From: an uncultured Planctomycetaceae bacterium | GTDB lineage: Bacteria; Planctomycetota; Planctomycetia; Planctomycetales; Planctomycetaceae | Direction: 5' to 3' | Length of the DNA stretch: 64,000 nucleotides | NCBI GenBank assembly: GCA_963815195.1 | Contig: CAWFGE010000013.1 | Coordinates: 960,001-1,024,000, forward strand | Shown here: piece after piece, positions 1-10,665 of the stretch | Numbering within the stretch: position 1 is the stretch's first letter | Layout of the letters: every line of letters starts with the position of its first letter | Made by a program: the position numbers and the translations under genes | The notes under the pieces: model-generated | Database searches by the model: none | What the model saw: only the letters and a program-made list of their open reading frames with translations | What the model was told of the DNA's origin: nothing

Positions 1-1451
1 GCTTCACCTGGCCGGGCAGGGTGACGTACACATGATGCACGTGCTCAGGCTCCAAGAGGCACGCCGACTCGATGTGCCAGGGGATGGGAATCATTAAGCC
101 GCCGCCGATGAGGAGCACGGCGGCGGAGACGGTCGCGGTGACTTTGTAGTAGTTCAACGGATCGGTCCTCGGCGCGGTGATAATGGAATACACATTGTAA
201 ATCATGCTGCCGGCGATGCCCGCCAGCGAAAAGACGGCCGCGGTGATGCCGATGCTCTGGAGGCCATAGGGCTTGAGCACGGTGTAAAGAAACAGAGTGA
301 TGCCGAACAAGATGAACCAGCGGTAAGTCGCCGCCGCGATCGCATACACAACGAACCACAACTTGCCGGTTTCGGGCATGAAGGGGTCGGGCCGGGATTC
401 GATGCCCAGGCAGTACCAGGCGAATTTTTCCCGGAGCATGCGGTCGGACTTGGGCCGAAGGTTTGGGATCTCGAGGAAGTCGGCCATCATGTAATAGCCG
501 TCGAACCGCATCAGCGGGTTGGCGTTGAAAATCACCGTGGTCACCGTGGTCACGAAAAACACGTTGAGGCATAGGTGATTGAACAGCCCCGGCTTCGAGT
601 ACCACCACAGAAAAATCGCCATCGCCGAGAGGATGATTTCAATATACATCCCCGCGGCGGCGATCATGATCCGCTTCCACTTGTTGCGGAGCATCCACGA
701 GTCAGAGACGTCGCAATACAAACACGGGCTGAATACCAAGAGCATCACGCCCATCTCGTGGCATTCGCCGCCGAAGTGCTTGCAGGACAGGCCGTGCCCG
801 AACTCGTGGATGATCTTGGCGATGCTCAGCGTGAGGTACATATACGCCAGATTAGGCCACGAGAAGAACTGATGAAACTCGGGCAGCCGGCTGTAAAACT
901 TGTCAAACTGCACGCCGATCAGAATCCACGACGAGAGCACGAACAGCATCGCCGCCGCGACGGCCCAAGGCTCAAACATCCACTTGAAGAACGGATAAAT
1001 CGCGTTCAGCGTGGTTTCGGGATCCCAGCCCGGCAGGCGGAAGTAAAGCACGTTCCGGATCGCGGCCCAGCGTTTTTTTCGCTTGGTTTCGATTTCCTGC
1101 TTGAGCATCTCGATGCCCTGGCCGGAGCGGTTGCTGTAAACCAGCCCCTTCTTGTGCAGGTCGGTGATGAGATGCTGCACGTCGGGCAGCGTGAAATGCA
1201 GAGCCGGGAACGAGCGCTGGAGCTCGCTTTTGACATCATCCAGGCTCCGCGCCGTCCAACAGCTCCAACGTGCGGTATTGCTCCTGCTGCAATCGATGGT
1301 ACTTCAGCCCCACCGGATCTTTAATGACGTAGGAACTGATGCCCTTATATTCAATCCGCTTGACCACCAGGTCGCTGCGGCGTTCCAACGGAATCGGCCG
1401 CTGCGTGGAGGGCACCATCGAAGCATTGGCGGCAGCGGCAGCCGAACTCAT
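1..1451 (-). CDS. Site-2 protease (M50)-like membrane protein with N-terminal PqqD-like region, usually HlyD-linked; frameshift near 1245; runs off window start
   Basis: N-terminus 1451-1240 reads YVIKDPVGLKYHRL. Manual reverse translation gives KIIHEFGHGLSCKHFGGECHEMG (HExxH, ~750-820) and FNANPLMRFDGYY (NPxxxxDG, ~490-530), both M50 motifs. Confidence 0.85.
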
Positions 1452-1546
1452 TGGGCTGTTGTCCTTGGTCCGTTGTTCGTCGGAAGGTGTTTAAGAATCT
1501 GGCCGGTCGCCGTTCGCCCGCGTCTCGGTATTGGAAATCTCTCAGA

Positions 1547-1629
1547 ATTACGACCGGCGGCTAGCGCCGTTCCGCTCACTTGTTGAGCAAGTATTACGAC
1601 CGGCGGCTAGCGCCGTGCCGCTCACTTGT
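1547..1629. repeat. Two tandem 37-bp direct repeats (REP-like, GGCTAGCGCC core)
   Basis: attacgaccggcggctagcgccg(t/g)ccgctcacttgt at 1547-1583 and 1593-1629, one mismatch. Confidence 0.85.
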
Positions 1630-2536
1630 CGACCGATGTCGTTTGCACGACTTCGGTCTTGCGGGGATAGATCGTCATCTTCGCGGTCAGGCCGGCTTTG
1701 AGAACGTTTTTGGGGTTTTGGACTTCCGCCCAAACCCGGACGCGGTGCGTGATCGGTTCCACCTCGAGCCCCACGAATTTCAAGACCCCGTCGAATTTTT
1801 CTTGTGCGATTTTCGGATCCATCCCCGGGACTTCGAGTTGGACCTTGACCGGTTCGCCCGGTTTGATGCGAAAGGAATCGGCCAACTCGACGTGCCCTTC
1901 CACGCGGACCCGATCGGTAATCTGAATCTTGAGAACCACGTCGCCCTGTCGCACCGCTTCGCCGGTCGATTTGTACCGCTTGGTGACGATGCCGTTAATC
2001 GGAGCCTTGAGATGATACGCTTCCAAGTTGGCCTCGGCTTCGTTGGCTTTGAGGTTGGCCACTTCCAATTGATGCTCGGCCTGCTCGATCTGCAAATGGG
2101 CCCGCTTGGCGGCCAGCCGCAGGCGCTCGATCTCCACCTCCGCCACCGTGCCTTTGAGCCGGCGGTTGGCTTCCAAGGATTTCGCATATTCCGCATCGGC
2201 GAGTTCGGCCGCCGCCTCGGCGTATTGGACTTCCACGTCGTTCTGGGCTTCCTTCAAGGCGATGGCTTTTTGGGCCAGCACCACGTCGGCCTTCAGTCCG
2301 CCAATTTCCTCACCCGCCCGCACCGGGTCCCCTTCTTCGACCTTGACGAAATCCAAGACTCCCGGAATGCCGCTGGCGACCTCGCGCTCGTCGATCAACT
2401 CGATCCGGCATTGATCGAGCGCGATGGGTTTGGGGCTCGCGGATTTGTTTTGCGCCGTCGCCCGGGTTGTGCCGATTGCCAGAGGCAGGGCCAAAACCAC
2501 GAGGTGCCGAACCAGGCGATTCGATATAATCATCAT
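1622..2536 (-). CDS. HlyD/RND-type periplasmic adaptor (membrane fusion protein)
   Basis: Signal-like N-terminus, lipoyl half-motifs (VKVEEGDPVRAGE ... LKAPINGIV), alpha-hairpin, LKAGLTAKMTI. Confidence 0.9.
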   Translation of the reverse strand: MMIISNRLVRHLVVLALPLAIGTTRATAQNKSASPKPIALDQCRIELIDEREVASGIPGVLDFVKVEEGDPVRAGEEIGGLKADVVLAQKAIALKEAQNDVEVQYAEAAAELADAEYAKSLEANRRLKGTVAEVEIERLRLAAKRAHLQIEQAEHQLEVANLKANEAEANLEAYHLKAPINGIVTKRYKSTGEAVRQGDVVLKIQITDRVRVEGHVELADSFRIKPGEPVKVQLEVPGMDPKIAQEKFDGVLKFVGLEVEPITHRVRVWAEVQNPKNVLKAGLTAKMTIYPRKTEVVQTTSVDK

Positions 2537-3028
2537 AAGACTCCATCGGAAGGGCGAGAGGAGGGGAAAGGCCAGAAAACCGCGTGACGAGCACGCCGCA
2601 GAAGGCTTTTGGAAACGGGCGTGGTTCGCGCATTCCGTGCGGGCAACCTATCCCTGTTATTCTAACGTCGTTTTCCGGGAAATTGAGGGAAAAATCTCCA
2701 AAGTCGCTGGTGACGGCGTGGGGAAATGCCATTCTTCGGCGAAAGGGGTTTTACCCCGCGCCGGGCACGGATCCCCTGGAAATAGGCTTTTCCCCAGCCC
2801 GATTGCGGCCTAAACTAGATGGACTCTCCCAATATCAAGGCAACGATCTCGAAGCGGGCCCCTTAGGAATCGGACACTTCCCCGCCCGCCGCCAGTTTTC
2901 CCCGAACCAACGGGGAGACCGGAACAGATAGAAAAACTCTCATAGCGGAAACGACGCCATTTCCCCCGTTGCTCGTCGATTTTAGGACCTTTCCTGCCCC
3001 GATCCCTTCAATCCCGAACGGCCGTTTG

Positions 3029-5078
3029 ATGTCTGAAAGTGCAACCGTCGAAAAAGTTCGCGAACGCGTGCTGCAGCTCGCCCGCGAAATCGAATCCCTG
3101 TCCCGTTCGGAAGTGCCGCCGGAGGACTTCTTCCCCCAGTTCCTCGACAAGCTGGTGAAGGCCTTGGGAGCCGACGCCGGGGCCGTCTGGATGCTGGAAG
3201 ACGGAGGGCGGCTGGGGCTCCGGACGGAAGCGGGATTGGACGCGATCGGCTTCCGCCAAAATCCCAACGCCGGCAGCCTCAATCAACCGCTGTTGCACGA
3301 TGCGATCTCCACGGGGCAGGCGGCGGTGTATGTTCCGGGCGAGGCCGAGAAGCCGCTGCCCACGCAGCATCAGATCGTCGTCGCGGCGCTACAGACGGGG
3401 TCGGAGTCCGCGGGGGTCGTGCAAATCTTCCAGCGGGCGGGCGCGCCAAAAGAAGCCCGGCCCGGTTATTTGCAGTTCGTCGAGCAGATGTGCGGCTACG
3501 CATCGCGGTATCTGGAACGGCAAAAAACCCGCACGGATCGGCCCGCCGACGATTCCGCGGCCAGCCCGTTTCTTTACGAGTTCGGCGATTTCGTCCTGCA
3601 AATGCAGCGGACCCTGGACAGCAAGGAAGTCTGCAGTACCGCCGCCAGCGATGGCCGGCTGCTGCTCAACTGCGACCGCGTGAGCGTCGTGTTGACTTGG
3701 GGCCGCAAGACCTTCGTGCAGGCCATCAGCGGGCAGGATTCGGTCAATAAACGGGCCAACCTCGTGCGGGCAATGGTCGCCTTGGCGAAAACCGTGATCG
3801 CCATGAAAGAGCCGCTGGTGTATTCCGGCAAGAACGAGGCTTTGCCCCCGCAAGTCGAAACGCCGCTCGCCGATTTCGTCCAGGAGAGCAAATCCCGGCT
3901 GGTGATGGTCGTGCCGCTGTTTGAGACCGAGCTGCTCATCAAATCCGACGATGAGGACGAGGATCCCGCGGACGCGGGCGGCGAAGAAAAGCGACCGCGT
4001 CATCGGCTGTCTGGTGATCGAGCAGTTTCGCTCGAGCGAGCCGGCTCCGCACTTGCAGGAGCGGGTGGACCTCATCGCCGACCACGTCTCGGCCGCGCTC
4101 CACAACGCCCGCGAGCACGAGCGGATCGTCTTTCTGCCTTTGTGGAAGGGGCTGGGGCGGGTTTCGGAATGGTTTTACGGCCGGAAGTTGATGAAGACCC
4201 TCGCGGTGCTGGCGGGGGTTCTTGTCGTGATCCTGGCCCTCGTGTTCGTGCCCTGGGACTACCGCGTCGAGGGCGAAGGCCAGTTGATGCCCGTCGAGCA
4301 GCGGCAGGTCTTCGCCCAAGTGGACGGCGAAGTGATCCAGGTGCTGGCCGAGGGCGGGGCGCACGTCGCCAAGGGGCAGCCCATTCTGAAGCTGAAAAAC
4401 GATGAGCTGCACACGCAGCTGCTCGCCGCCCGCAACGAACTCGCCGAAAAGCAGCAATTGGCGCTGACGTTGTACGCCGAGATCGGCGAGCTCTCCGGAA
4501 GCGACGAAGAAAAGGAAAAACTCAAGCTGCAAGGGCAGTTGGTGGAGACCAAAATCGAAATCATCGGCCTCAAGGAGCAGATCGCCATCTACGAGGACCG
4601 CGAGGCCCATTTGACCGTCCTTTCCCCGATCGACGGCGTGCTCGCCACGTTCCAGGTGGAGCAAAAACTGCTGGACCGCCCGGTGAGGCGGGGCGAGGCG
4701 TTGGTGGAAGTCCTGGACGAGTCGGGGCCTTGGCGGCTCGAATTGGAAGTGGAGGAGCATCGCCTGGGCCACATTCTCGAAGGGCAGAAAAAACTCCACA
4801 CCGCGCACCTGCCCGTGGAGTTCGTGCTGGGCACGCGTCCGGAAGACACCTACACCGGCAGCGTCGAAGACATCGCGACCCGTGCCGACGTCGCGGCCGA
4901 GAAGGGCACGATTGTGGAGATCTACACGAAAATCAACGCCGACGACCTGCCCGCCGACCGCCGGCGGATCGGGGCGGAAGTCCGGGCGAAAATCAACTGC
5001 GGCAAGAGCAGCTTGGGTTATGTGCTCTTCGGCGATGTCATCGAATTCGTGCAAAAACACTGGTGGCGCTGGCTGTAA
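3029..5078 (+). CDS. GAF-domain + HlyD/MFP fusion protein (frameshift near 3970)
   Basis: ORF 2969-4405 gives two GAF-like regions. ORF 3921-5078 continues with VIGCLVIE...AALHNA, a TM helix, lipoyl motifs (GAHVAKGQPILKL, SPIDGVL) and C-terminal CGKSSLGYVLF. Confidence 0.8.
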
Positions 5079-5118
5079 GCCGATTCAAAGCGGAGAAGCC
5101 GAGTGCCAATTTGGGTCG

Positions 5119-7140
5119 TCAGGCCGCTTGGTCTTCCGGATCTTCCGTCATGGGGATCGGATCGTGGGAATCTTCCCCGGCCGGGCCCTCGAGTTGATCG
5201 AGCAGGTCGCGGATGATGTGCTCGGCTTCGAACTTTTCCTCGGTCCACCGGTCTCGCTGCGTGCGCCAGAAGTTTTCGCGGGCGGAAAGTTCCTGGGCTT
5301 GCCTCTGGAGTTCCGATTCCCGGCGGCTCTGGTGCTCGTCGCGTTCGGTCATCCAGTTCGCCAAGGTTTGGCGTTCTGTCTCGAAGGCCGATTGGCGGTG
5401 TTCGAGTTTTTGAATCTCGCCGGCGATTTCGCCCCGTTGATTCTCGATTTCCCGATGCAACGCCGCGATTTGCTCGTTGACGGCCTGGCGAGCTTCCGCG
5501 AGTCGCTGTTCGGCGACTTCGAGGCCGGCGGTTTGGCTGAAGGCGGCCCAGGCTTCTTCGACGGCGAGCCGCGTCTCCAGAGCCTGCCGATGCGTGTCTT
5601 CCATCTCAGCCCGCACCGCTTCCAGGCGGGTTTCGCGGGCCGTGAGTTTCTCGTCGAGCTCGGCGAGGCGGGCGCTTTGACGTTCGAGTTCCGCTTGGAG
5701 AGCCTGCTGTTCCTGTTCCCAATGGAGGCGGTCGTCCTGGAGCCGGGCGCGGTCGGCTTCCCATTCCGCCGCGGTCTCGGCTTTCGACTGTTTGAGCGTT
5801 TCCCGTTCGCGGTCGAGGGACGCTTCCCGCACCGCCAACCGCTCGCGGTGCTCGTCGAGGTGCAGTTTCCGCAGCCGCAGCAGTTCCGACTCGCGGAACT
5901 GGGCCTGCGAGGTCTGCTGCTTCTCGATCTGGAACTCCCGTTGAAAGGTCTCCAACTCGATGCGGAGCTTTTCCAGATGCTCCCGCTGGAAGCGGAGCCG
6001 ATTTTCCCGCGTGGCCCATTCCTCCTGAAACCGCTGCTCAAGGGCGGCTTGATCCTGCTCCATCTGCTCCCGCTCGACCCGCAGTTGCTCCTTCCGTTCT
6101 TCATGCGCCAACTCATCCGCTTGGCGGGTTTCCTCGATCGCTTTTTGCTCTTCCTCGCGCTGGGTTTCCCAGGCGGCGACGTTTTGGGCGTGTTCTTCCG
6201 CTTGCCGGCGGCATTGGTCTTCCCACGCGGATTGCCGGCGGCCGCAATCGGCTTCCCATTCGGCGCGGGCTTCTTCGAGCGAGGCGTTTTGCTTTTGGGT
6301 ATCGGCTTCGAGTTCCGAACGGGCCTGGTTTAATGCGGCTTCTTCTTCGCCGCGGGTTTGTTTCCACGCCTCGCGTTCGCCGGCGATCTCTGTGCGCTCG
6401 GCGTCCAACTCCGCGCGGACGGCTTCCACGAGCCGGGCCCGCTCGAACTCCAATTGCTGATCGACTTCCTCCAAGGCGGCCTGATGATCCCGGCGGTGCT
6501 GCTCGACCTCCTCGGCGAAGCGGCGGCGTTCCTCGGCCAGTTCGTTCTCCGCCCGCGCGAGTTTCCGAAAGTCCTCCGCCAACTCCGCTTGGATGTCCTG
6601 CCGAAGATTGGCCCGCTCGGTCTGGAGGTCGCGCTCCAAGCGGGACTTTTCCTCCTCGAACTCCGTCCGAGCCCGGCCCAGGATTCGCTGTTGCTCTTCG
6701 AGTTCCTCGATGAGTTGCTCGCATTCGTCCATTTGCCGGCGAAATCCCTCTTCGCGTTTTTGTAAGTCGGTTGTCCGCTCGTGAAGCCGGCGTTCCAACT
6801 GGCGGGCGGCCTCCTGGATGTGCCGGCGTTGCTCTTCGAGCAGGTCCCGCTGCCCTTGGATTTGGGCTTCGCGATGATCCAGCTCGTCAAAATGCCCGCG
6901 GAGATGCTCGGCCACCCGGCTGGCTTCCACCAAGAGTTCGTGCTCTTTGCGGAGGATGTTTCCCGAGCGGGAGCGCTGCGGCGCGGGATCCGTCGAGACG
7001 GACGGCGGCGCGACGTTTGCCGGGGTGGAAGCGGGGGGCGTTGGGAAGGGAAGATGCGGGCCGCCGCTGCCATCGTGCGTCTCGCGCGGATCGGACGCGG
7101 CGGTTTGAAGAGAGGGTCGATGTGCGGGGGGGTCGCTCAT
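5119..7140 (-). CDS. Long coiled-coil protein (SMC-like/filament-like), hypothetical
   Basis: About 600 aa of E/R/Q/L/A-rich heptads with no ATPase motif; Pro-rich head. Confidence 0.75.
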   Translation of the reverse strand: MSDPPAHRPSLQTAASDPRETHDGSGGPHLPFPTPPASTPANVAPPSVSTDPAPQRSRSGNILRKEHELLVEASRVAEHLRGHFDELDHREAQIQGQRDLLEEQRRHIQEAARQLERRLHERTTDLQKREEGFRRQMDECEQLIEELEEQQRILGRARTEFEEEKSRLERDLQTERANLRQDIQAELAEDFRKLARAENELAEERRRFAEEVEQHRRDHQAALEEVDQQLEFERARLVEAVRAELDAERTEIAGEREAWKQTRGEEEAALNQARSELEADTQKQNASLEEARAEWEADCGRRQSAWEDQCRRQAEEHAQNVAAWETQREEEQKAIEETRQADELAHEERKEQLRVEREQMEQDQAALEQRFQEEWATRENRLRFQREHLEKLRIELETFQREFQIEKQQTSQAQFRESELLRLRKLHLDEHRERLAVREASLDRERETLKQSKAETAAEWEADRARLQDDRLHWEQEQQALQAELERQSARLAELDEKLTARETRLEAVRAEMEDTHRQALETRLAVEEAWAAFSQTAGLEVAEQRLAEARQAVNEQIAALHREIENQRGEIAGEIQKLEHRQSAFETERQTLANWMTERDEHQSRRESELQRQAQELSARENFWRTQRDRWTEEKFEAEHIIRDLLDQLEGPAGEDSHDPIPMTEDPEDQAA

Positions 7141-7254
7141 CGAGGGAGTCCTTTCCCATCTGAGCCTGATCAACGGAGAAAGGGGATCGCCCGCCAAAGA
7201 CCCGGCAATCCCGTTTGGGTGAATGATTCAAGCGAATCGGTGATGCAAACCTTT

Positions 7255-7590
7255 TTAGCCGGCGACCTGGTCCAGGGCCGACTTGAACATGTTTTTGGGC
7301 GTCAAACCCACGAAGCGGCCATTCTCGACGAGCTGGCCGTTCTTGAAGAGCATCACCGTGGGGATGGCGCTAATTTGTTGCGTGGTCGCGGTTTGCGGAT
7401 TTTCATCGGTATTGAGTTTGCCCACGCGGACCCGGCCTTCGTATTCCTCGGCCAGTTCTTCGATCGTCGGGGTCAAGCGTTGGCACGGGCCGCACCACGG
7501 AGCCCAGAAATCCACCAGGACGGGTTGATCGGAATCCAAAACTTCGCTCTGGAAATTGTCGTCGGTGAATGTCAGCAGTTTTCCGGCCAT
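7255..7590 (-). CDS. trxA: Thioredoxin
   Basis: VLVDFWAPWCGPC, IPT cis-Pro motif, ~111 aa. Confidence 0.95.
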   Translation of the reverse strand: MAGKLLTFTDDNFQSEVLDSDQPVLVDFWAPWCGPCQRLTPTIEELAEEYEGRVRVGKLNTDENPQTATTQQISAIPTVMLFKNGQLVENGRFVGLTPKNMFKSALDQVAG

Positions 7591-7876
7591 GCGAAAAGCC
7601 CCCAAAATGTGATGAATTTGTCTGTTTTGCCCGCCTCCGCCTCGGGGACGAAGAACGGTGTTTCTCGGTTTATCAAGTCGGTCGAATTATAGAGGAATGG
7701 GGTGTTCTGTCAATGTGAGCAGTTTGGCCCGCGATTTCGTAAGTCGGGGCCGTGTGAGAGATTCGAAAGACGACGCGATCGCCGCCGCGAAAAAAGCCGT
7801 TCGCTCGACAGATGCAAACCGGCATGAAAGAATGGTTCTGTGGGGACACGTCTTTTGCTTCATCCAATGATTCGCC

Positions 7877-9289
7877 ATGAAATCGCCGCTTTTCGAATTC
7901 TCTCCGCGAGTCCAACCACGGATCCCCGGGCTTCGTGCCTTCGTGGTTCATGCGGTCGTGGGGATGGTGTTGTTTTGTGGATCGGAACGTTTTGCGATGG
8001 CTCAGCCGAAGCCGCCGGATCCGCTCCGCGACGCGGCGCTCAGTCCGGACCTGTTGGACCGGGCGAAACAACCGTTGCCCCCGCTCACCGGCGAAACGAA
8101 AGCCGTTTGGCGGGAGACGCTGGCTCCGGTGTTTTCCTTTATTCAAGGCATCCCGGCGGAGACGGTGGAAGAGGAGGCCTATGAACGTCGGCGGGCCCGC
8201 GTCCGGGCCACGGCGGACGACCGCAAGCGCGGCAATACGCACACGCCCTTTCATCTGCTCGACGATTTCCACAAATCGCCCGAATCCCACCTGGGACGGC
8301 CGGTGGCTTTGCACGGTTATCTCACAAAACTCGAAGCGTTCGCTCCCGGCGATGCGGAGTCCGAAGCCCCCTGGCGCACAGGCTCGCTCAAACTGTGGAA
8401 CGAAAACCGCAGCGTGCGATTCATCGCGGCTTCGCTTCCCAAAGGATTTCCCACGGGAGAAAAACTCCACGAGCCGGGGAGCGTCATCGGCTTTGCGTTT
8501 GAAACGGAGTCGAATGCGGACGGGGAAAAATCTCCCGAGTTGTTGATCGTCGCCCGTTGGGTGCGGCGGTGTCACCCGGCTTTGGACGCGAGCTATCTGG
8601 CCGTCGTGACGGACCGCACGATCGGCATCGAGAGTTGGGAATACGACGCCTACTTCCGCACCCTGCTGCATGCGAAACTCGTCGATCCGGCCGCTCAAAA
8701 ACAGGCGGCCCGCGAGTTCTGGCAGAAGCGCCAGAAAGCCCTCAATCGGCCCCGGCCGCTGTTTGTGGATCTCTTCAAATCGTTCGCGGACAATCCCCGC
8801 CTCTACCGCGGGCAGCCCGTGACCATGACCGGCACGCTCCGGAAACTCACGGGTTACGAAGCCGACCCGCTCAACGGTTTTGGAATCGAACGCGAGTACG
8901 AGGGCTGGTTCTATCCGGAGGATTCGCAGTCGAATCCCATGGTCGTCGTCTTCACGGAGAAGCCCGCGGACTTGCCGGAGGGCAGCAACCTCAGCGTTCC
9001 CGTCGAAGTCACGGGGTATGTTTTCAAGATGTACGGCTACAAAGCCCAGGATGGAAACCGCCGCGTTGCCCCGATGCTCTTGGCCAAGACGATGCGGAAG
9101 TTGAATATCCCCGAACCGGAATCTTTCCCGATGGCTTGGGTCTGGTCGGGTTTGGCGTTATTGTTTTTGGGGATCGGGGGATTTTTGTGGTCGTCCCATC
9201 GGGCGGACAAAGCGTTTCGCCGGGAACAACTCGAGATCGAACGATCGGAAGAACCGCCGCGGTTCGACGATCTGCCGATTGAAGACTAA
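7877..9289 (+). CDS. Exported, C-terminally membrane-anchored hypothetical protein with duplicated domain
   Basis: Signal-like N-terminus; repeated motif (HLGRPVALHGYL / YRGQPVTMTGTL ... IGFAF / TGYVFK); C-terminal TM helix. Confidence 0.7.
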   Translation: MKSPLFEFSPRVQPRIPGLRAFVVHAVVGMVLFCGSERFAMAQPKPPDPLRDAALSPDLLDRAKQPLPPLTGETKAVWRETLAPVFSFIQGIPAETVEEEAYERRRARVRATADDRKRGNTHTPFHLLDDFHKSPESHLGRPVALHGYLTKLEAFAPGDAESEAPWRTGSLKLWNENRSVRFIAASLPKGFPTGEKLHEPGSVIGFAFETESNADGEKSPELLIVARWVRRCHPALDASYLAVVTDRTIGIESWEYDAYFRTLLHAKLVDPAAQKQAAREFWQKRQKALNRPRPLFVDLFKSFADNPRLYRGQPVTMTGTLRKLTGYEADPLNGFGIEREYEGWFYPEDSQSNPMVVVFTEKPADLPEGSNLSVPVEVTGYVFKMYGYKAQDGNRRVAPMLLAKTMRKLNIPEPESFPMAWVWSGLALLFLGIGGFLWSSHRADKAFRREQLEIERSEEPPRFDDLPIED

Positions 9290-9379
9290 CGCTGCTTCGA
9301 AGCGCGACTCGAAATCGATGAGATCATGGGGTTGACGCCCCACGCTCGCCTCTTTGGTTTACTTTTTGAAAGGTGCATC

Positions 9380-10321
9380 ATGGCGAATTCGGTAGCGACG
9401 ACAACCACCCGGCGCGGATTTTTGCAGACGGGGATTTGCGGGATCGGGCTCGCGGCGGCGGGGTGGAATCCGCTGGCATCCGCCCGCGCGGCCACGGCTC
9501 CCAAACGGCCCGAAGGCTCGCATATGAAATTGTCACTGGCGGCGTATTCCTTCAATCGCATGCTCCCCCGCAACGGCCAAACCGCGGGGGCCAAAATGAC
9601 GCTCGAAGACTTTATCGACTATTGTGCCGAATTGGATCTCGACGGCACGGAACTCACCGGCTACTACTTCCCCGACCCGGTCACGCCGGAGTATTTGATG
9701 AGCCTCAAAGAGCGGACTTTCCGCTTGGGGCTGGACATCTCCGGCACGGCGATCGGGAACGACTTCTGTCTTCCCGACGGCGACGCCCGGCAGAAGCAGT
9801 TGGCCTATGCCCGGAACTGGATGGATTATGCGGCGCTCATGGGCGCGCCGGTGATCCGCATTTTCGCGGGCAAGGTTCCCAAAGGCGAAACCGAAGACGC
9901 CGCGATCGAACGCTGCGTCGCGGGCATTAACGAATCGCTCGATTACGCGGCTCAAAAAGGCGTGTTCCTCGCGCTCGAAAACCACGGCGGGATCACGGCC
10001 ACCCCCGCCCAGATGCTGAAGATCATCCAAGGCGTGAAAGACTCGCCCTGGTTCGGGGTGAACCTCGACGGCGGGAACTTCCGCACGGAGGACCCCTACC
10101 GCGACCTCGCCGCGATCGCGCCCTATGCGATCAACGCCCAACTCAAGGCGACGGTGAGCCGGAACGGCAAAAACGAGCCGGCGGACTTCGAGCGGATCAT
10201 CCAGATCCTAAGGGACACGAAATACCGGGGCTACATCGTGCTGGAATATGAAGAGCGGGAGGACCCCAAGACAGCCGTTCCGGGGCTCATTAAAAAACTC
10301 CGCGCGCTGATTCACGGCTGA
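9380..10321 (+). CDS. Tat-exported sugar phosphate isomerase/epimerase (xylose isomerase-like TIM barrel)
   Basis: TRRGFL Tat motif; LALENHGG, NLDGGNF, YRGYIVLEYE. Confidence 0.85.
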   Translation: MANSVATTTTRRGFLQTGICGIGLAAAGWNPLASARAATAPKRPEGSHMKLSLAAYSFNRMLPRNGQTAGAKMTLEDFIDYCAELDLDGTELTGYYFPDPVTPEYLMSLKERTFRLGLDISGTAIGNDFCLPDGDARQKQLAYARNWMDYAALMGAPVIRIFAGKVPKGETEDAAIERCVAGINESLDYAAQKGVFLALENHGGITATPAQMLKIIQGVKDSPWFGVNLDGGNFRTEDPYRDLAAIAPYAINAQLKATVSRNGKNEPADFERIIQILRDTKYRGYIVLEYEEREDPKTAVPGLIKKLRALIHG

Positions 10322-10665
10322 CAAAAAACGCCGGCGAAACGATTCCCTCAATCCCCTCGGGAGCGGCCTGGATTCCTCGAATTTCGGCAGGTTTCCGAGT
10401 CGGGATCTTGAGGGATTTTTTATTCCCGGGCGGGATTTGTCGTTTTCAGGTTCTTCCGGTGACTCATGTGCGGGAAATTCCGTGCGTGCGCAAAATGCTG
10501 CTTATCCGGTTAGGTGATTCTTGCCGATTAGCTGAATGAACCGATCCTTCATGCGTCCCTTTGGCGGGCGGCGTCTAGGGTTGGGGGGCGAGCTGGTCGT
10601 GGTTGGGGGGATGGTGTCGTCGCCAACAAGCCACGGACAACCCACCTTGGAACAGGGATGTCAAA

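Noticed and set aside
1547..1629. 37-bp direct repeats as a CRISPR array
   Set aside because: Only two units, a 9-nt spacer and no cas genes; the core matches the dispersed REP-like family.
5119..7140. Annotation as smc/sbcC
   Set aside because: No Walker A/B, signature or hinge motif.
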